DNA of 64,000 nucleotides from IMG/VR virus record IMGVR_UViG_3300025389_001063; one strand, 5' to 3'. The stretch is from a virus. Taxonomy: Duplodnaviria > Caudoviricetes. Shown piece after piece: positions 1 through 9,984 of the stretch. The translations under genes were made by a program, and so were the position numbers. The notes beneath the pieces are model-generated. The model had not been told where the DNA came from. It searched no databases and saw nothing but the letters and a program-made list of their open reading frames with translations. How positions within the stretch are numbered: the stretch's first letter is position 1; each line of letters opens with the position of its first letter.

Positions 1-2
1 TA

Positions 3-3000
3 ATACCTAATGGCAGTCTTCCTTTTCCTGGAGAAATAACTTTAGAAGTTATTTCAGGAACTATTCCTAGAGGAATGAGAATACAAGATTTAACAATTAC
101 TGGAGTTCCTTTTGAAGTTGACATTCTTGAAAAATATAGATTTGTTTTAAGAGCAATAAATGCTGACGGATTTTCTGATAGAACTTATTCTATAACTGTA
201 GATGGTCCAACTATTCCTGCATGGGAAACACCAGCGGGAGACTTAGAAATAGGAGCCTCCGGCCAAAGATCAACATTAAATGTTCAATTGTTAAAGACCG
301 AAGCAACTTCAGGATCTACTAGATTACAATTAGCTTCAGTTTTTGGTTTAAAAGTAGATAGTGTTGTTACTTGTGACAATTATCCTGGAGCTATATTAAC
401 AGATACCAAAATAATAAAAATAGATTATGTTAATAAGTTCATATATTTAGATAAACCTTTACAAAGTATAATACCAACCTTGTATTATCCTCCTAGTCCT
501 TTATATAAATTTACCGTATACTCAGTTGGCAGTAATCTTGGTTTGCAAAATACTCTAGTAGTAAACTCAATTGATAATTTGTTAGTGGGAGATATTATTG
601 TTGATTCTTCACTTACCAAATATCTCGCATTAGGTACTATTATTCAATCTATTGATTTTGAAGGTAAAATTCTTACACTCAGTAAACCACTACTGCAAAC
701 AATTCCGAATGGAACAAAATTCTTTGCAAGTCACCCTAATAATACAGAAATTAATTGCACTTATACTTTTTATCATACAAATTTGTTTGTTTTAGATAAT
801 CAATATGTTGATTATCAACTCAACGCCATTGATAGTGATACTGCTGCTGGTGCTACATTAACATATTCTATTCCTCCAAACGGTGGTACATTACCTTTAG
901 GATTATCATTATCATCCGACGGTGTAATATCTGGTTTTACTTCGGCATTATTAGCTAACGAACAAGTAGAAGATAATGGAAATTATGATATGCAACTTTA
1001 CGACAAGTATGCATACGATTACGGTGTTAGACCTTATAACGGCTTTGATAGTTTTCTATATGACACTACAATTTATGATTATTGGAATAATACAATAACT
1101 CCAAGAAAACTTAATCGATATTATGAATTTAAAGTTAGGATCACTGACAGTGCTAATGGTTTATATTCTGATAGAAAATTTCGAATATTTGTCATAGGAG
1201 ATACTTATTTTAGAGCAGATACTACAGTATTACAAGTAGGTAATAGCATTTATACAACTGACGTTTCTGCTATACGTTCTCCTTACTGGCTCAGTCCATC
1301 ATATTTAGGAAAGAGAAGAGCTAATAATTATATAACAACATTATTAGAAGTATTTGTATCACCAACATTATCGGGTGTTTTAGGATTTGTTTTAGACCCT
1401 GTTAACGACGATGGAACTCCTAGTATTCTTCCTCCGGGTATGCAACTAGATCAAATTGCAGGATACATCTATGGTGATGTTCCTTACCAACCGGCGGTAA
1501 CTAAAACGTATAAATTTACTGTTAGAGCAATAAATTATGATCCTGCTAATCCAATCTATAGTCATGCTGCATTTACAACTCAAAATATTTCAGCTGGCCA
1601 ATATACATTATATGTAGATTCTGTTTCAGATATTGAAATCAATAGTTTAATTACACAACCACCAGGAACATCATATATAACTCCAGGTTCTGTCATATCT
1701 GGAATTGATGTACATAATAAAACAATTACACTCAATACACCGATATTAACAACTATACCATCAGGAACAAGATTCTTATTCAGTTATCTTGCTAGTACGG
1801 CTAAAACCTTTACTATAGATATACTTGGTCAAGTTGACAGTACTATCCAATTTATTACTCCTGGAAATCTTGGAACTATACCTGCTAACTTTATTAGCCA
1901 ATTATCAGTTGTAGCTAAAACAACTGTTCCAAATGCTGTATTAAATTATACATTAATGGGAGGAAGTTTACCACCTGGACTAACTTTAGTTAATGACGGT
2001 ACTATACAAGGAAAAGTTAATCAATATGCTACAACAAGTAATCCCGGATTAACTAGTTTTGATGGCAACAAAACAACTTTTGACAAATTTAATACTACTA
2101 TAGATCGAGACTATAAATTTATTGTTCTCGCACAAGATCAATTTAAACTTAGTGCAGTTACAAAAGTCTTTACTGTATCTATAACTACTCCTAATAATTT
2201 ACTTTATAGTAATCTTTATGTGAAACCATTTTTAACTTCTACTAAAAGATCTGAGATTGCTTCATTTTTTAGTAACACAAGTATTTTTGATCTAAGTATG
2301 ATTTATAGATCAAGCGATCCCGAGTTTGGTATACAATCACAATTAAAGATGCTCTTATATGCAGGTATTCAGACAAAAGATGCTGCCGAATATGCTGCTG
2401 CTTTAAATCGAAGTTCTAAAAAAAGATATCGTTTTGGAAGTGTTAAAAAAGCAATAGGAAAAACTCCAGGAACTAACAATATTGTATATGAAGTCATTTA
2501 TGTGGAAATTCTCGATGATTTAGAAAATAGTAATGGTAGTGTTTCTAGCCAGATTTCTACTAGATTTTTAGATAAAAAACAATCTGTAAATCAAGGAAGA
2601 AGAGATACGTGGGACGCTCATCCAGATACCAATGTATCTGACAATTTATTATCATCAGCAGAAGACACATTGCCTAGAATCTGGATGCAAGATAAGATCT
2701 TATCTACTGATCAAGGAAGTCAAAAAGTTAGTGATATCAATAAAACATCAGTTTTTGGAAATAGTACTACAAATATTAGAACTAATATTTCTAATATTGG
2801 TGATACTGAAAGAAACTTTTTACCACTCTGGATGAGAACTGCACAAACATATAGCGGTGTAGCACAAGGTTTTACAAAAGCAGTGGTTCTTTGTTATGCC
2901 TTACCCGGGTATGGTGACACAATTATTAATAATATAAAGAATTTAGGTATAGATTTTAAAAACATAGACTTTACAGTTGATCGTGTCATAATTGACTCAG

Positions 3001-3062
3001 TTGAAGGGCAAGTCGGCGATAAATATATCGCATTTGGAGCAAGAGAGATTATAAATGGCTAG
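3..3062 (+). CDS. Large virion structural protein with Ig-like (He_PIG-type) repeats, probable baseplate component; 5' end lies upstream of the window
   Basis: Frame is open from base 3 (IPNGSLPFPGEITLEVISGTIPRGM...). Repeated G-x-LP-x-G-L/M motifs (GGTLPLGLSLSSDGVISG, ILPPGMQLD, GGSLPPGLTLVNDGTIQG) and YxFxVRA strands. Confidence 0.65.
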   Translation: MPNGSLPFPGEITLEVISGTIPRGMRIQDLTITGVPFEVDILEKYRFVLRAINADGFSDRTYSITVDGPTIPAWETPAGDLEIGASGQRSTLNVQLLKTEATSGSTRLQLASVFGLKVDSVVTCDNYPGAILTDTKIIKIDYVNKFIYLDKPLQSIIPTLYYPPSPLYKFTVYSVGSNLGLQNTLVVNSIDNLLVGDIIVDSSLTKYLALGTIIQSIDFEGKILTLSKPLLQTIPNGTKFFASHPNNTEINCTYTFYHTNLFVLDNQYVDYQLNAIDSDTAAGATLTYSIPPNGGTLPLGLSLSSDGVISGFTSALLANEQVEDNGNYDMQLYDKYAYDYGVRPYNGFDSFLYDTTIYDYWNNTITPRKLNRYYEFKVRITDSANGLYSDRKFRIFVIGDTYFRADTTVLQVGNSIYTTDVSAIRSPYWLSPSYLGKRRANNYITTLLEVFVSPTLSGVLGFVLDPVNDDGTPSILPPGMQLDQIAGYIYGDVPYQPAVTKTYKFTVRAINYDPANPIYSHAAFTTQNISAGQYTLYVDSVSDIEINSLITQPPGTSYITPGSVISGIDVHNKTITLNTPILTTIPSGTRFLFSYLASTAKTFTIDILGQVDSTIQFITPGNLGTIPANFISQLSVVAKTTVPNAVLNYTLMGGSLPPGLTLVNDGTIQGKVNQYATTSNPGLTSFDGNKTTFDKFNTTIDRDYKFIVLAQDQFKLSAVTKVFTVSITTPNNLLYSNLYVKPFLTSTKRSEIASFFSNTSIFDLSMIYRSSDPEFGIQSQLKMLLYAGIQTKDAAEYAAALNRSSKKRYRFGSVKKAIGKTPGTNNIVYEVIYVEILDDLENSNGSVSSQISTRFLDKKQSVNQGRRDTWDAHPDTNVSDNLLSSAEDTLPRIWMQDKILSTDQGSQKVSDINKTSVFGNSTTNIRTNISNIGDTERNFLPLWMRTAQTYSGVAQGFTKAVVLCYALPGYGDTIINNIKNLGIDFKNIDFTVDRVIIDSVEGQVGDKYIAFGAREIING

Positions 3063-3867
3063 TAATATTAATTATATCAGTATTGATGCAACATACCCTA
3101 TCGCAGGACAAGATAACGATAGTCAAGGTTTTAGAGATAATTACACAGTTATCAAAAACAACTTTCAAGTAGCACAGGGTGAAATCACCGATTTACAGCT
3201 TAATACTGCTAGACTTGACCAAGGTAACGTTAATTTTAATAATAATACAATTAGTTATGTAAATCTCAGCATATTTACTCAAGGTGTATATAATGGTGGA
3301 TTAGTTAGTTCTTCACCACTATTAGTTGATTATAGAAGTGGGCCTTATCAAATCTTCAACATCAGCAATGATGTTATTTTTAATATATCTGGATTTCCTA
3401 ATCTAACTAATTTGTCTAAACTAACAATGGAATTAACTGCTGATGACACTCTAAGAAATGTTACATTTTCATTTGCTGGATCAACTGCTGTTAAATATAG
3501 CGGTCGCTGGTATTCAAAAACTGTCGGAACAGTTAGTAATGTATTAGGTAGTGGCCCATGGACTGCAACTATTTCTGGATTGATTTCAACTACTGGTTTT
3601 TCCGTTGGTCAAACAATAACTGCTGTTTCTGAAACTGGTTCAATAGGAACTGGCACTGTTACTGTAACAGGTATTCCAACTTCTTCATCTATAACAATTC
3701 AAGTTGCTGCCGGTGGAACTACTCCTGTTCCTGGAATAGTTAGTTCTATTACATCATCATCGACCACAATTCCTGTAATAAGTTCAGTCAATCCTGTAAT
3801 TTTTGAATTTTGGACACATGATGGCGGAAATACGTTTTATGCAGATTATAGAGGACAATATACATAA
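3055..3867 (+). CDS. Putative virion structural protein (baseplate/fibre-associated)
   Basis: Overlaps the upstream stop; ATAAATA at 3019-3025; beta-rich T/S/G composition. Confidence 0.5.
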   Translation: MASNINYISIDATYPIAGQDNDSQGFRDNYTVIKNNFQVAQGEITDLQLNTARLDQGNVNFNNNTISYVNLSIFTQGVYNGGLVSSSPLLVDYRSGPYQIFNISNDVIFNISGFPNLTNLSKLTMELTADDTLRNVTFSFAGSTAVKYSGRWYSKTVGTVSNVLGSGPWTATISGLISTTGFSVGQTITAVSETGSIGTGTVTVTGIPTSSSITIQVAAGGTTPVPGIVSSITSSSTTIPVISSVNPVIFEFWTHDGGNTFYADYRGQYT

Positions 3868-3868
3868 T

Positions 3869-4102
3869 ATGCATCCTCTGCAATCTGATATTACTGACTT
3901 AACTGATCAAGAACTAGAAAATAAAATTCAGGAACTTAGTAAAAAATATTTTCAAGCTCTTAGATTTGTTCCAGGTGCTGCTTACCAAGTTTCAATGATA
4001 TTAGAAGGATATCGTTGGGAACAACAAAGAAGAATAATTAACAAAGAAAAACAAAAAGGCCCCGACGATCCGTCATTTGATGATCTTATTAATGTTGATT
4101 AG
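3869..4102 (+). CDS. Hypothetical protein
   Basis: Likely start MHPLQSD at 3869, one base after the upstream stop, with GAGGA upstream. Confidence 0.55.
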   Translation: MHPLQSDITDLTDQELENKIQELSKKYFQALRFVPGAAYQVSMILEGYRWEQQRRIINKEKQKGPDDPSFDDLINVD

Positions 4103-4131
4103 TTGACTTTTTTCAAAACATCTGTTAAATT
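4103..4131 (+). promoter_or_regulatory. Sigma70-like promoter, leaderless arrangement
   Basis: TTGACT(4103-4108)-N17-TAAATT(4126-4131) with TG extension, then 6 nt to ATG 4138; no SD. Confidence 0.65.
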
Positions 4132-4137
4132 AAGATT

Positions 4138-4791
4138 ATGACAGACGAAATTATACCTCACGCATGGCCTACTGAATTTTCATGTTTAATTTATGTAGAT
4201 GATCTTATCTTAATAAACAATTACAAATTTGAAGTTGGATTTGATACAGCAAGTTCTAATCCAATTTTACACGACGTAGCATTTGAAAAGGTACAAATGT
4301 TTTTTGACATTCTTATGAATAATAGTATCCTTATTTCTAAGACGTCTTTTAGAGAGAAGAAATTTAATTTTGGCAATAATTATGTTGAATTGCCAGATAT
4401 GCTTAATGATCAGACATTAGGTGCTGTTATATTTTCAAAACTTATATCTTTAGTAGGAGAAGATTTAATAATAAGTTATGTTAAAGTGTCTAGTGAATTA
4501 GGTAGAAATATACGTTTTACTATTGACGATAATTCTCCCGAATTACATATTCTTCTTCCTAATAAAGAAGATTGGTGGGAAAATGATGAAATTAAAAATC
4601 AACCATGGTGGATGAGACCAGATACTGCAACATATGATGAAGTATTATCAGGAGAAGACATTTATAAGGGAGAATTTGATTGGAACGAACACTTTGGTGA
4701 AGATTTAGAAAGAGCAAAGAATTTAGATATTAAAAAAACTAAGTTTGAAATTATACATGGCGGAAAAGATGAAATTAAACCAAATAAGTGA
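4138..4791 (+). CDS. Hypothetical protein
   Basis: 217-aa ORF directly behind a promoter; no recognised motif. Confidence 0.6.
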   Translation: MTDEIIPHAWPTEFSCLIYVDDLILINNYKFEVGFDTASSNPILHDVAFEKVQMFFDILMNNSILISKTSFREKKFNFGNNYVELPDMLNDQTLGAVIFSKLISLVGEDLIISYVKVSSELGRNIRFTIDDNSPELHILLPNKEDWWENDEIKNQPWWMRPDTATYDEVLSGEDIYKGEFDWNEHFGEDLERAKNLDIKKTKFEIIHGGKDEIKPNK

Positions 4792-5296
4792 GCCAATATT
4801 TACAAGTCAAGATCTTATACAAGAAATATATCATGGAAATTTAAAAAAATTAAGTCTATCTAAAGTAGACGAACACGATCTTGATTATATGTCATATATA
4901 GAATTTGTAAATAATAATAAATTAAGGGACTGGCCTTGTCCAGATGCTTATTTAGGAGAAAATAGAACTCAAAAAGAGTATGATTCTTTATTGCAATCAC
5001 AATGGTTTATGCCTGAGAAATATAAAAACTTTGATATTGAAGAATATGTTCTATCTTTGTGTGAGAATAAAATACAAACAGATAGAATAAATTTAGAACT
5101 AAAATTATTTAAAAAATACAACATGATTCCACTATTAAGATTCCTTAAATATCTGGTTGAAAAAATGAGGGAAGATAAAATAGTATGGGGAGTTGGAAGA
5201 GGTTCTAGTGTTGCTAGTTATTGTCTCTATCTTTTAGGAGTTCACAAAATAGATTCGATTAAATACAACCTAGATATTAAAGAATTCTTAAAATAG
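4769..5296 (+). CDS. DNA polymerase III alpha (DnaE)-like fragment lacking the catalytic aspartates
   Basis: C-terminus IVWGVGRGSSVASYCLYLLGVHKIDSIKYNLDIKEFLK matches the DnaE GPGRGS...LGIT.IDP..Y.L.FERFL block; ORF stops before the PDIDID motif. Confidence 0.7.
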   Translation: MKLNQISEPIFTSQDLIQEIYHGNLKKLSLSKVDEHDLDYMSYIEFVNNNKLRDWPCPDAYLGENRTQKEYDSLLQSQWFMPEKYKNFDIEEYVLSLCENKIQTDRINLELKLFKKYNMIPLLRFLKYLVEKMREDKIVWGVGRGSSVASYCLYLLGVHKIDSIKYNLDIKEFLK

Positions 5297-5306
5297 GAGA
5301 TTTACA

Positions 5307-5606
5307 GTGGTTAGAAAAACATATAGAAGTCTACAAGGAAAAATAGTAGACATGGAATTACTTGCTCAGAAAAACGAATTAACTCCAGCAATTGGAAATG
5401 TTCGCGTTAATGCCAGAGGTGATGAGTTAGGCCCTGGTGGAAAAATTATACGTAAAAGAGAGGATATCATAGCAGAATACTATGAGAATAATCCTAATGC
5501 TGTTAAAGATGAGATGTATGTAAAACCAAGAAATAAAGATACTGAGTTAGAAACTCCACCTAAAGAGATTGAATCTACTAATAAAACTAGAGAAAAAAAG
5601 AACTAA
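5307..5606 (+). CDS. Hypothetical protein (GTG start)
   Basis: GGAG SD upstream of GTG; 99 aa. Confidence 0.6.
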   Translation: MVRKTYRSLQGKIVDMELLAQKNELTPAIGNVRVNARGDELGPGGKIIRKREDIIAEYYENNPNAVKDEMYVKPRNKDTELETPPKEIESTNKTREKKN

Positions 5607-5615
5607 TTTACAAAA

Positions 5616-7115
5616 ATGCATCATGCATTAATATTTAACGTACATATATTTCACCGTCGTGTGCCCGGTGCTTACAGGATTGCAACCTTCTTAAGAGAAG
5701 AAGGTTGGGATGTTGAAGTTATTGATTGGGCTAACGAGTGGCCTGGAGAAGAAATAAAAGAATTATGTAGATCAAGAATTACAAAAGATACTGTTTTTTG
5801 TGGATTTAGTTGCTTTTTTGGCTATTGGCCCGATCATATGGAAGAACTATCACAATGGATTAAAAAAACATACCCAGATGTAAAATTAATTCTTGGTGGT
5901 TCAAGTACTCCAAGAATGAAATCAACTTCTATAGACTATTTTATTCACGGTTATGGTGAAAAAGCATTATTAGAACTAATATCAAGTATCATAGGAAATA
6001 CCCCTGGAAAAGGAATTAAATTTGATAAATCTTTTGGAAGAAAAAAAGTAATTAGAGCAATAGACGATTATCCTTCTTTCCCTATGAAAAAATTAATGAT
6101 AAAATATGAAAAACGAGATTTCATAGATCATAAAGAATGGCTCGGAATTGAATTTAGTCGAGGTTGTAAATTTAAATGTCTCTATTGTAATTTTCCTGTA
6201 TTAGGAGTCAAAGGAGATTATACTAGAGATGCTGACGATTTTTATTATCAGATGAGAGATGCTTATGATCGTTGGGGAGTTACTGGATATGTTTGTGCAG
6301 ACGAAACATTTAACGATTCCACCGAAAAACTTATTAAATTTGCCGATGCTGCTGAAAAACTTCCATTTGATCCATGGTTTAGTGGATTTATAAGAGCCGA
6401 TTTATTAGTTTCAAGACCACAAGACCAAGAACACCTTGCAAGATTGGGATTCTTAGGACACTTTTATGGTATTGAAACTATGAATTATCAGACTGCTAAA
6501 GTAATTGGTAAAGGTATGCATCCAGATAAATTATTATCGGGATTATTAGAAGCAAAAAAGTACTTTCTTAATAATGGGCAAAAAAGATATAGAGGAGAAA
6601 TTGCATTAGTATTAGGCTTACCACATGAAACTGAAGAAACTATACAAAAGTCTTTAAAATGGATTTCTGATAATTGGCAAGACGAATCACATAAAATTTG
6701 GCCTTTAGAAATACCCACTGACATTAAAGAAGATGTATTATCTGGATTGAGTTTAAATTATGAAAAATATGGATATAGAAAGTCTTCGAAAAGAATAAAA
6801 AAAGAAATTAATCTTCCTCGCGAAGTTACACATGTCTCTAAAAATATGAACTGGGAAAACGACGATTTAAGTTTAATACGTTGTAAAGAAATTATCGACA
6901 ACTGGTTTAATCATTCTATAAAAATGAAATATAATTTTCGACTTACTCCTTGGGAATTAGATTTGTATCTCAGTCACGGAAAAAATATAGACAATGTTTT
7001 AAACTTGACATTGCAAGAAATATATCCTAAAATATTAGAAAAATCATGGGAAATACATAATTCTAGAGTTAAAAAATATATTAAGAAAAAACTTAATGTG
7101 AAAGGTAAAAAATGA
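5616..7115 (+). CDS. Cobalamin-binding (class B-like) radical SAM protein
   Basis: SRGCKFKCLYCNFP (CxxxCxxC); N-terminal B12-binding-like domain (GAYRIATFLREEGWDVEVID...KLILGG); FYGIET and LVLGLPHET motifs. Confidence 0.8.
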   Translation: MHHALIFNVHIFHRRVPGAYRIATFLREEGWDVEVIDWANEWPGEEIKELCRSRITKDTVFCGFSCFFGYWPDHMEELSQWIKKTYPDVKLILGGSSTPRMKSTSIDYFIHGYGEKALLELISSIIGNTPGKGIKFDKSFGRKKVIRAIDDYPSFPMKKLMIKYEKRDFIDHKEWLGIEFSRGCKFKCLYCNFPVLGVKGDYTRDADDFYYQMRDAYDRWGVTGYVCADETFNDSTEKLIKFADAAEKLPFDPWFSGFIRADLLVSRPQDQEHLARLGFLGHFYGIETMNYQTAKVIGKGMHPDKLLSGLLEAKKYFLNNGQKRYRGEIALVLGLPHETEETIQKSLKWISDNWQDESHKIWPLEIPTDIKEDVLSGLSLNYEKYGYRKSSKRIKKEINLPREVTHVSKNMNWENDDLSLIRCKEIIDNWFNHSIKMKYNFRLTPWELDLYLSHGKNIDNVLNLTLQEIYPKILEKSWEIHNSRVKKYIKKKLNVKGKK

Positions 7116-7441
7116 AAATTAGACCAATTCTTGATCATGTAATTGTGGAAGATATGGAATTCGGTGAGCAACGAACTGCTAGCGGAATTATTATTGTTGA
7201 CGATGATGGGAAACAACATGGTATTAAACCTCGTTGGGGTAAAGTTTATGCTGTTGGACCTAAACAAGAAGATGTTAAGCCGGGCGATTGGATCCTTATA
7301 GAACATGGTCGTTGGACTAGAGGATTTAATTTTACAAACGACGATGGCTCTATTTTTACTTTGCGTAGAGTGGACACTGATGCTATTATAATGTCAAGTG
7401 ATAGAAAACCCACTGACACTTATACAGCAGGTGAAATATGA
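7112..7441 (+). CDS. groES: GroES-like co-chaperonin
   Basis: MKIRPILDHVIVE...RTASGIII...GKVYAVGP...VKPGDWIL pattern. Confidence 0.85.
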   Translation: MKIRPILDHVIVEDMEFGEQRTASGIIIVDDDGKQHGIKPRWGKVYAVGPKQEDVKPGDWILIEHGRWTRGFNFTNDDGSIFTLRRVDTDAIIMSSDRKPTDTYTAGEI

Positions 7442-7872
7442 GCAATATTGATCTAAACAAGTATAGAGAATTTGTAGAAGCAGTAACAAGTAAAGAAAGT
7501 AAAGATCTAACTTCATTTATGAATAGGTTAGATGACATCGACGCAAATTATATCGGTGATGGTGTTCATGGTCCCGACATAAACGTTCCACTAATGCTAA
7601 CAGCCGCAATTGGTATGGCTGCTGAGTGTGGAGAATTTTGTGAACTCCCAAAGAAAATCATCTTTCAAGGTAAACCTCTCAATGAAGATACACTCTTTCA
7701 TATGAAACGTGAACTTGGAGACATTATGTGGTATTGGGTTAATGCTTGTAATGCTTTAAGACTCGATCCTAATGAAGTTATTGCTGAAAATGTTCGCAAA
7801 CTTGAAGCAAGATATCCAGGCGGACACTTCGATGCTTTCTATAGTGAGAACCGTAAGGAAGGCGATCTCTAA
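7438..7872 (+). CDS. MazG-like nucleotide pyrophosphohydrolase
   Basis: GMAAECGEF...KRELGDIMWY...NVRKLEARYP motifs. Confidence 0.8.
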   Translation: MSNIDLNKYREFVEAVTSKESKDLTSFMNRLDDIDANYIGDGVHGPDINVPLMLTAAIGMAAECGEFCELPKKIIFQGKPLNEDTLFHMKRELGDIMWYWVNACNALRLDPNEVIAENVRKLEARYPGGHFDAFYSENRKEGDL

Positions 7873-8031
7873 ATGAAACTACCTACTGCTCCGTCGGGGC
7901 TTAGTACACTAGGAGTTACTGGTGTGGCTCTTATGGTACTTCATGTGTTAGGACATCTCAACGGTTGGGGTTGGCCTATTCTTTATGTTATATTAATTCT
8001 AATGGGAATCGGACAGGAGAATCGTAAATGA
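7873..8031 (+). CDS. Small membrane protein (52 aa; not in the supplied ORF track)
   Basis: MKLPTAPSGLSTLGVTGVALMVLHVLGHLNGWGWPILYVILILMGIGQENRK; starts right after the MazG stop and overlaps the next gene by ATGA. Confidence 0.65.
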   Translation: MKLPTAPSGLSTLGVTGVALMVLHVLGHLNGWGWPILYVILILMGIGQENRK

Positions 8032-8303
8032 AGTGGCTCGATAAATGGTTTGCTAAAAAATGTCGTCAGGCTTGGAACGAAGAACCATCGCCAAGCATAA
8101 TAAAAGTAAATGAAATTAGCAACGGACCTTCTTCTGATGGTATGAACATTAAAGTATGGGGTGCTACTGGCGGACATATTGTTGAATTCCGTAAGTATGA
8201 TCATACAACAGATCGCAACGATAATAGAATGTATATTATTCCAGCAGATAAGGATTTTAGCGAAAGTCTAACTAAAATTATTTCTATGGAGATGCTACGT
8301 TGA
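8028..8303 (+). CDS. Hypothetical protein
   Basis: ATGA coupling to the upstream gene and 4-nt overlap with the downstream start. Confidence 0.6.
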   Translation: MKWLDKWFAKKCRQAWNEEPSPSIIKVNEISNGPSSDGMNIKVWGATGGHIVEFRKYDHTTDRNDNRMYIIPADKDFSESLTKIISMEMLR

Positions 8304-9229
8304 AAGATCTCTGGGTAGAAAAGTATAGACCAAAAGAGATTAAAGACTATGTGTTTCGTGATGAAAACCAAAAAGCACAGGTAGAATCTTGGGTTAAGGA
8401 AGGTACTATTCCTCACTTATTGCTAAGTGGATCACCAGGTATTGGTAAAACAACACTTGCTAAAATGTTAATTCATGCTATTGACGTTAATGACTTTGAC
8501 GTATTAGTTGCTAATGGTTCTAAAGAGGGTAGAAAAGTAGAGTGGATTGACAAACTTATATCTTTTTGCCAAACTATTCCCTTTGGACCATACAAAGTTG
8601 TACTAATCGATGAGGCAGATTATATGAATCCTCATAGTACACAGCCAGCACTTCGCAATCTTATGGAAGAATATCATTCTACTGTAAGATTTATCTTAAC
8701 TTGTAACTATCCACACAAAATTATTCCAGCATTACACTCACGTTGTCAGGGATTTCATGTTGAAACTGTAGATAAAGACGAGTTTACAGCGAGAGTAGCA
8801 ACAATTCTTGTTAGTGAGAATATCGATTTAGATCTCGATACACTTGATACATTTGTTAAGGCAACATATCCAGATATGAGGAAATGTATTAATCTTGTTC
8901 AAATGAATTCATCTAGCGGTAAACTTGTGGAACCAGATAAAAATGATAAAAATGCTGCTGATTGGCATTTGAATATGGTTCAATTGTTTAAGGCTGGAAA
9001 AATTAGTGAAGCAAGAAAACTTGTTTGTAAAAATGCTCAGCCAGATGAAATGGAAGATATCTATCGTTGGTTGTATGATAATTTAGATATTATCAGTGAG
9101 GATGAATCTGTACAAGATAAGGCAATCTTACACATTAAACAGGGTCTTGTGGATCATACTCTAGTTGCTGATCCTGAAATCAATTTAGCAGCGACGTTAA
9201 TACGAATTGCTAATTTAGTAGAGAAGTAA
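8300..9229 (+). CDS. Clamp loader AAA+ subunit (RFC small subunit / T4 gp44-like)
   Basis: LWVEKYRP, SGSPGIGKTT (Walker A), LIDEADYM (Walker B), LHSRCQ; TTG start with GGAG. Confidence 0.9.
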   Translation: MKDLWVEKYRPKEIKDYVFRDENQKAQVESWVKEGTIPHLLLSGSPGIGKTTLAKMLIHAIDVNDFDVLVANGSKEGRKVEWIDKLISFCQTIPFGPYKVVLIDEADYMNPHSTQPALRNLMEEYHSTVRFILTCNYPHKIIPALHSRCQGFHVETVDKDEFTARVATILVSENIDLDLDTLDTFVKATYPDMRKCINLVQMNSSSGKLVEPDKNDKNAADWHLNMVQLFKAGKISEARKLVCKNAQPDEMEDIYRWLYDNLDIISEDESVQDKAILHIKQGLVDHTLVADPEINLAATLIRIANLVEK

Positions 9230-9245
9230 GGGCCGAAGCCCTTAC
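9226..9245. terminator. Hairpin between convergent genes, likely bidirectional terminator
   Basis: GTAAGGGC-CGAA-GCCCTTAC, perfect 8-bp stem. Confidence 0.6.
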
Positions 9246-9246
9246 A

Positions 9247-9984
9247 TTAATCTCCATAAATGTCTAATATCTCCTTAACCGCAGGATGTCTCTCAATATC
9301 CTTTTGACCAAAATTGACTATGTCAACATATTTTAGGTTCTCTTTGCTCTTGAGTAGTCTGATAAATTCGATCAAACCGTTGTCCTCAATGCGGTCAGCC
9401 TGCTTCAAATCGCCAGTTACTACCATTCTACTATTATCGCCTATGCGAGTTAGTAGCATTTTCATCTGGTTAGGTGTAGCATTCTGCATTTCGTCTGCTA
9501 TGATAAAAGCGTTCTTAAATGTTCTCCCTCTCATATAGGCTAAAGGACTTACTTCAATAACACCCTCTACGAGCATGTTTTGTATTTCCTTTGCGTAATA
9601 GTATTCCGCGAACACATCAAATATCGGGCGTGTCCAAGGTTCCATTTTCTTATTAAGATCCCCGGGTAAAAATCCGTGCTGTTCGTCAACACTTACTGCT
9701 GGGCGTGTTACAATGATCTTATCGATCTGCTTCTCTTTGAGCAATTTTATGGCTGTTTGAGTCGCTAGTAAAGTTTTGCCGGTTCCGGCAGGCCCAACTG
9801 CAAATAATACACTATTGTCTGGATTTTGTAGTTTAAGGAAATAAAGTTCCTGTGATCTATTGCGGGGTACTATTCGTACTTGTTTTTTCTTTTCTGGGAT
9901 ATATTCTTGTAAATCTATTACATTATTATTATTTCTATTATGATGTTGATTTTGTGCTTTTTTCTGTGCTCTTTGTCTGGACAA
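9247..9984 (-). CDS. phoH: PhoH-family ATPase
   Basis: GPAGTGKT, IADEMQN, VTGDLKQAD motifs; probable TTG start at 9984 with AAGGAG 8 nt upstream. Confidence 0.9.
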   Translation of the reverse strand: MSRQRAQKKAQNQHHNRNNNNVIDLQEYIPEKKKQVRIVPRNRSQELYFLKLQNPDNSVLFAVGPAGTGKTLLATQTAIKLLKEKQIDKIIVTRPAVSVDEQHGFLPGDLNKKMEPWTRPIFDVFAEYYYAKEIQNMLVEGVIEVSPLAYMRGRTFKNAFIIADEMQNATPNQMKMLLTRIGDNSRMVVTGDLKQADRIEDNGLIEFIRLLKSKENLKYVDIVNFGQKDIERHPAVKEILDIYGD

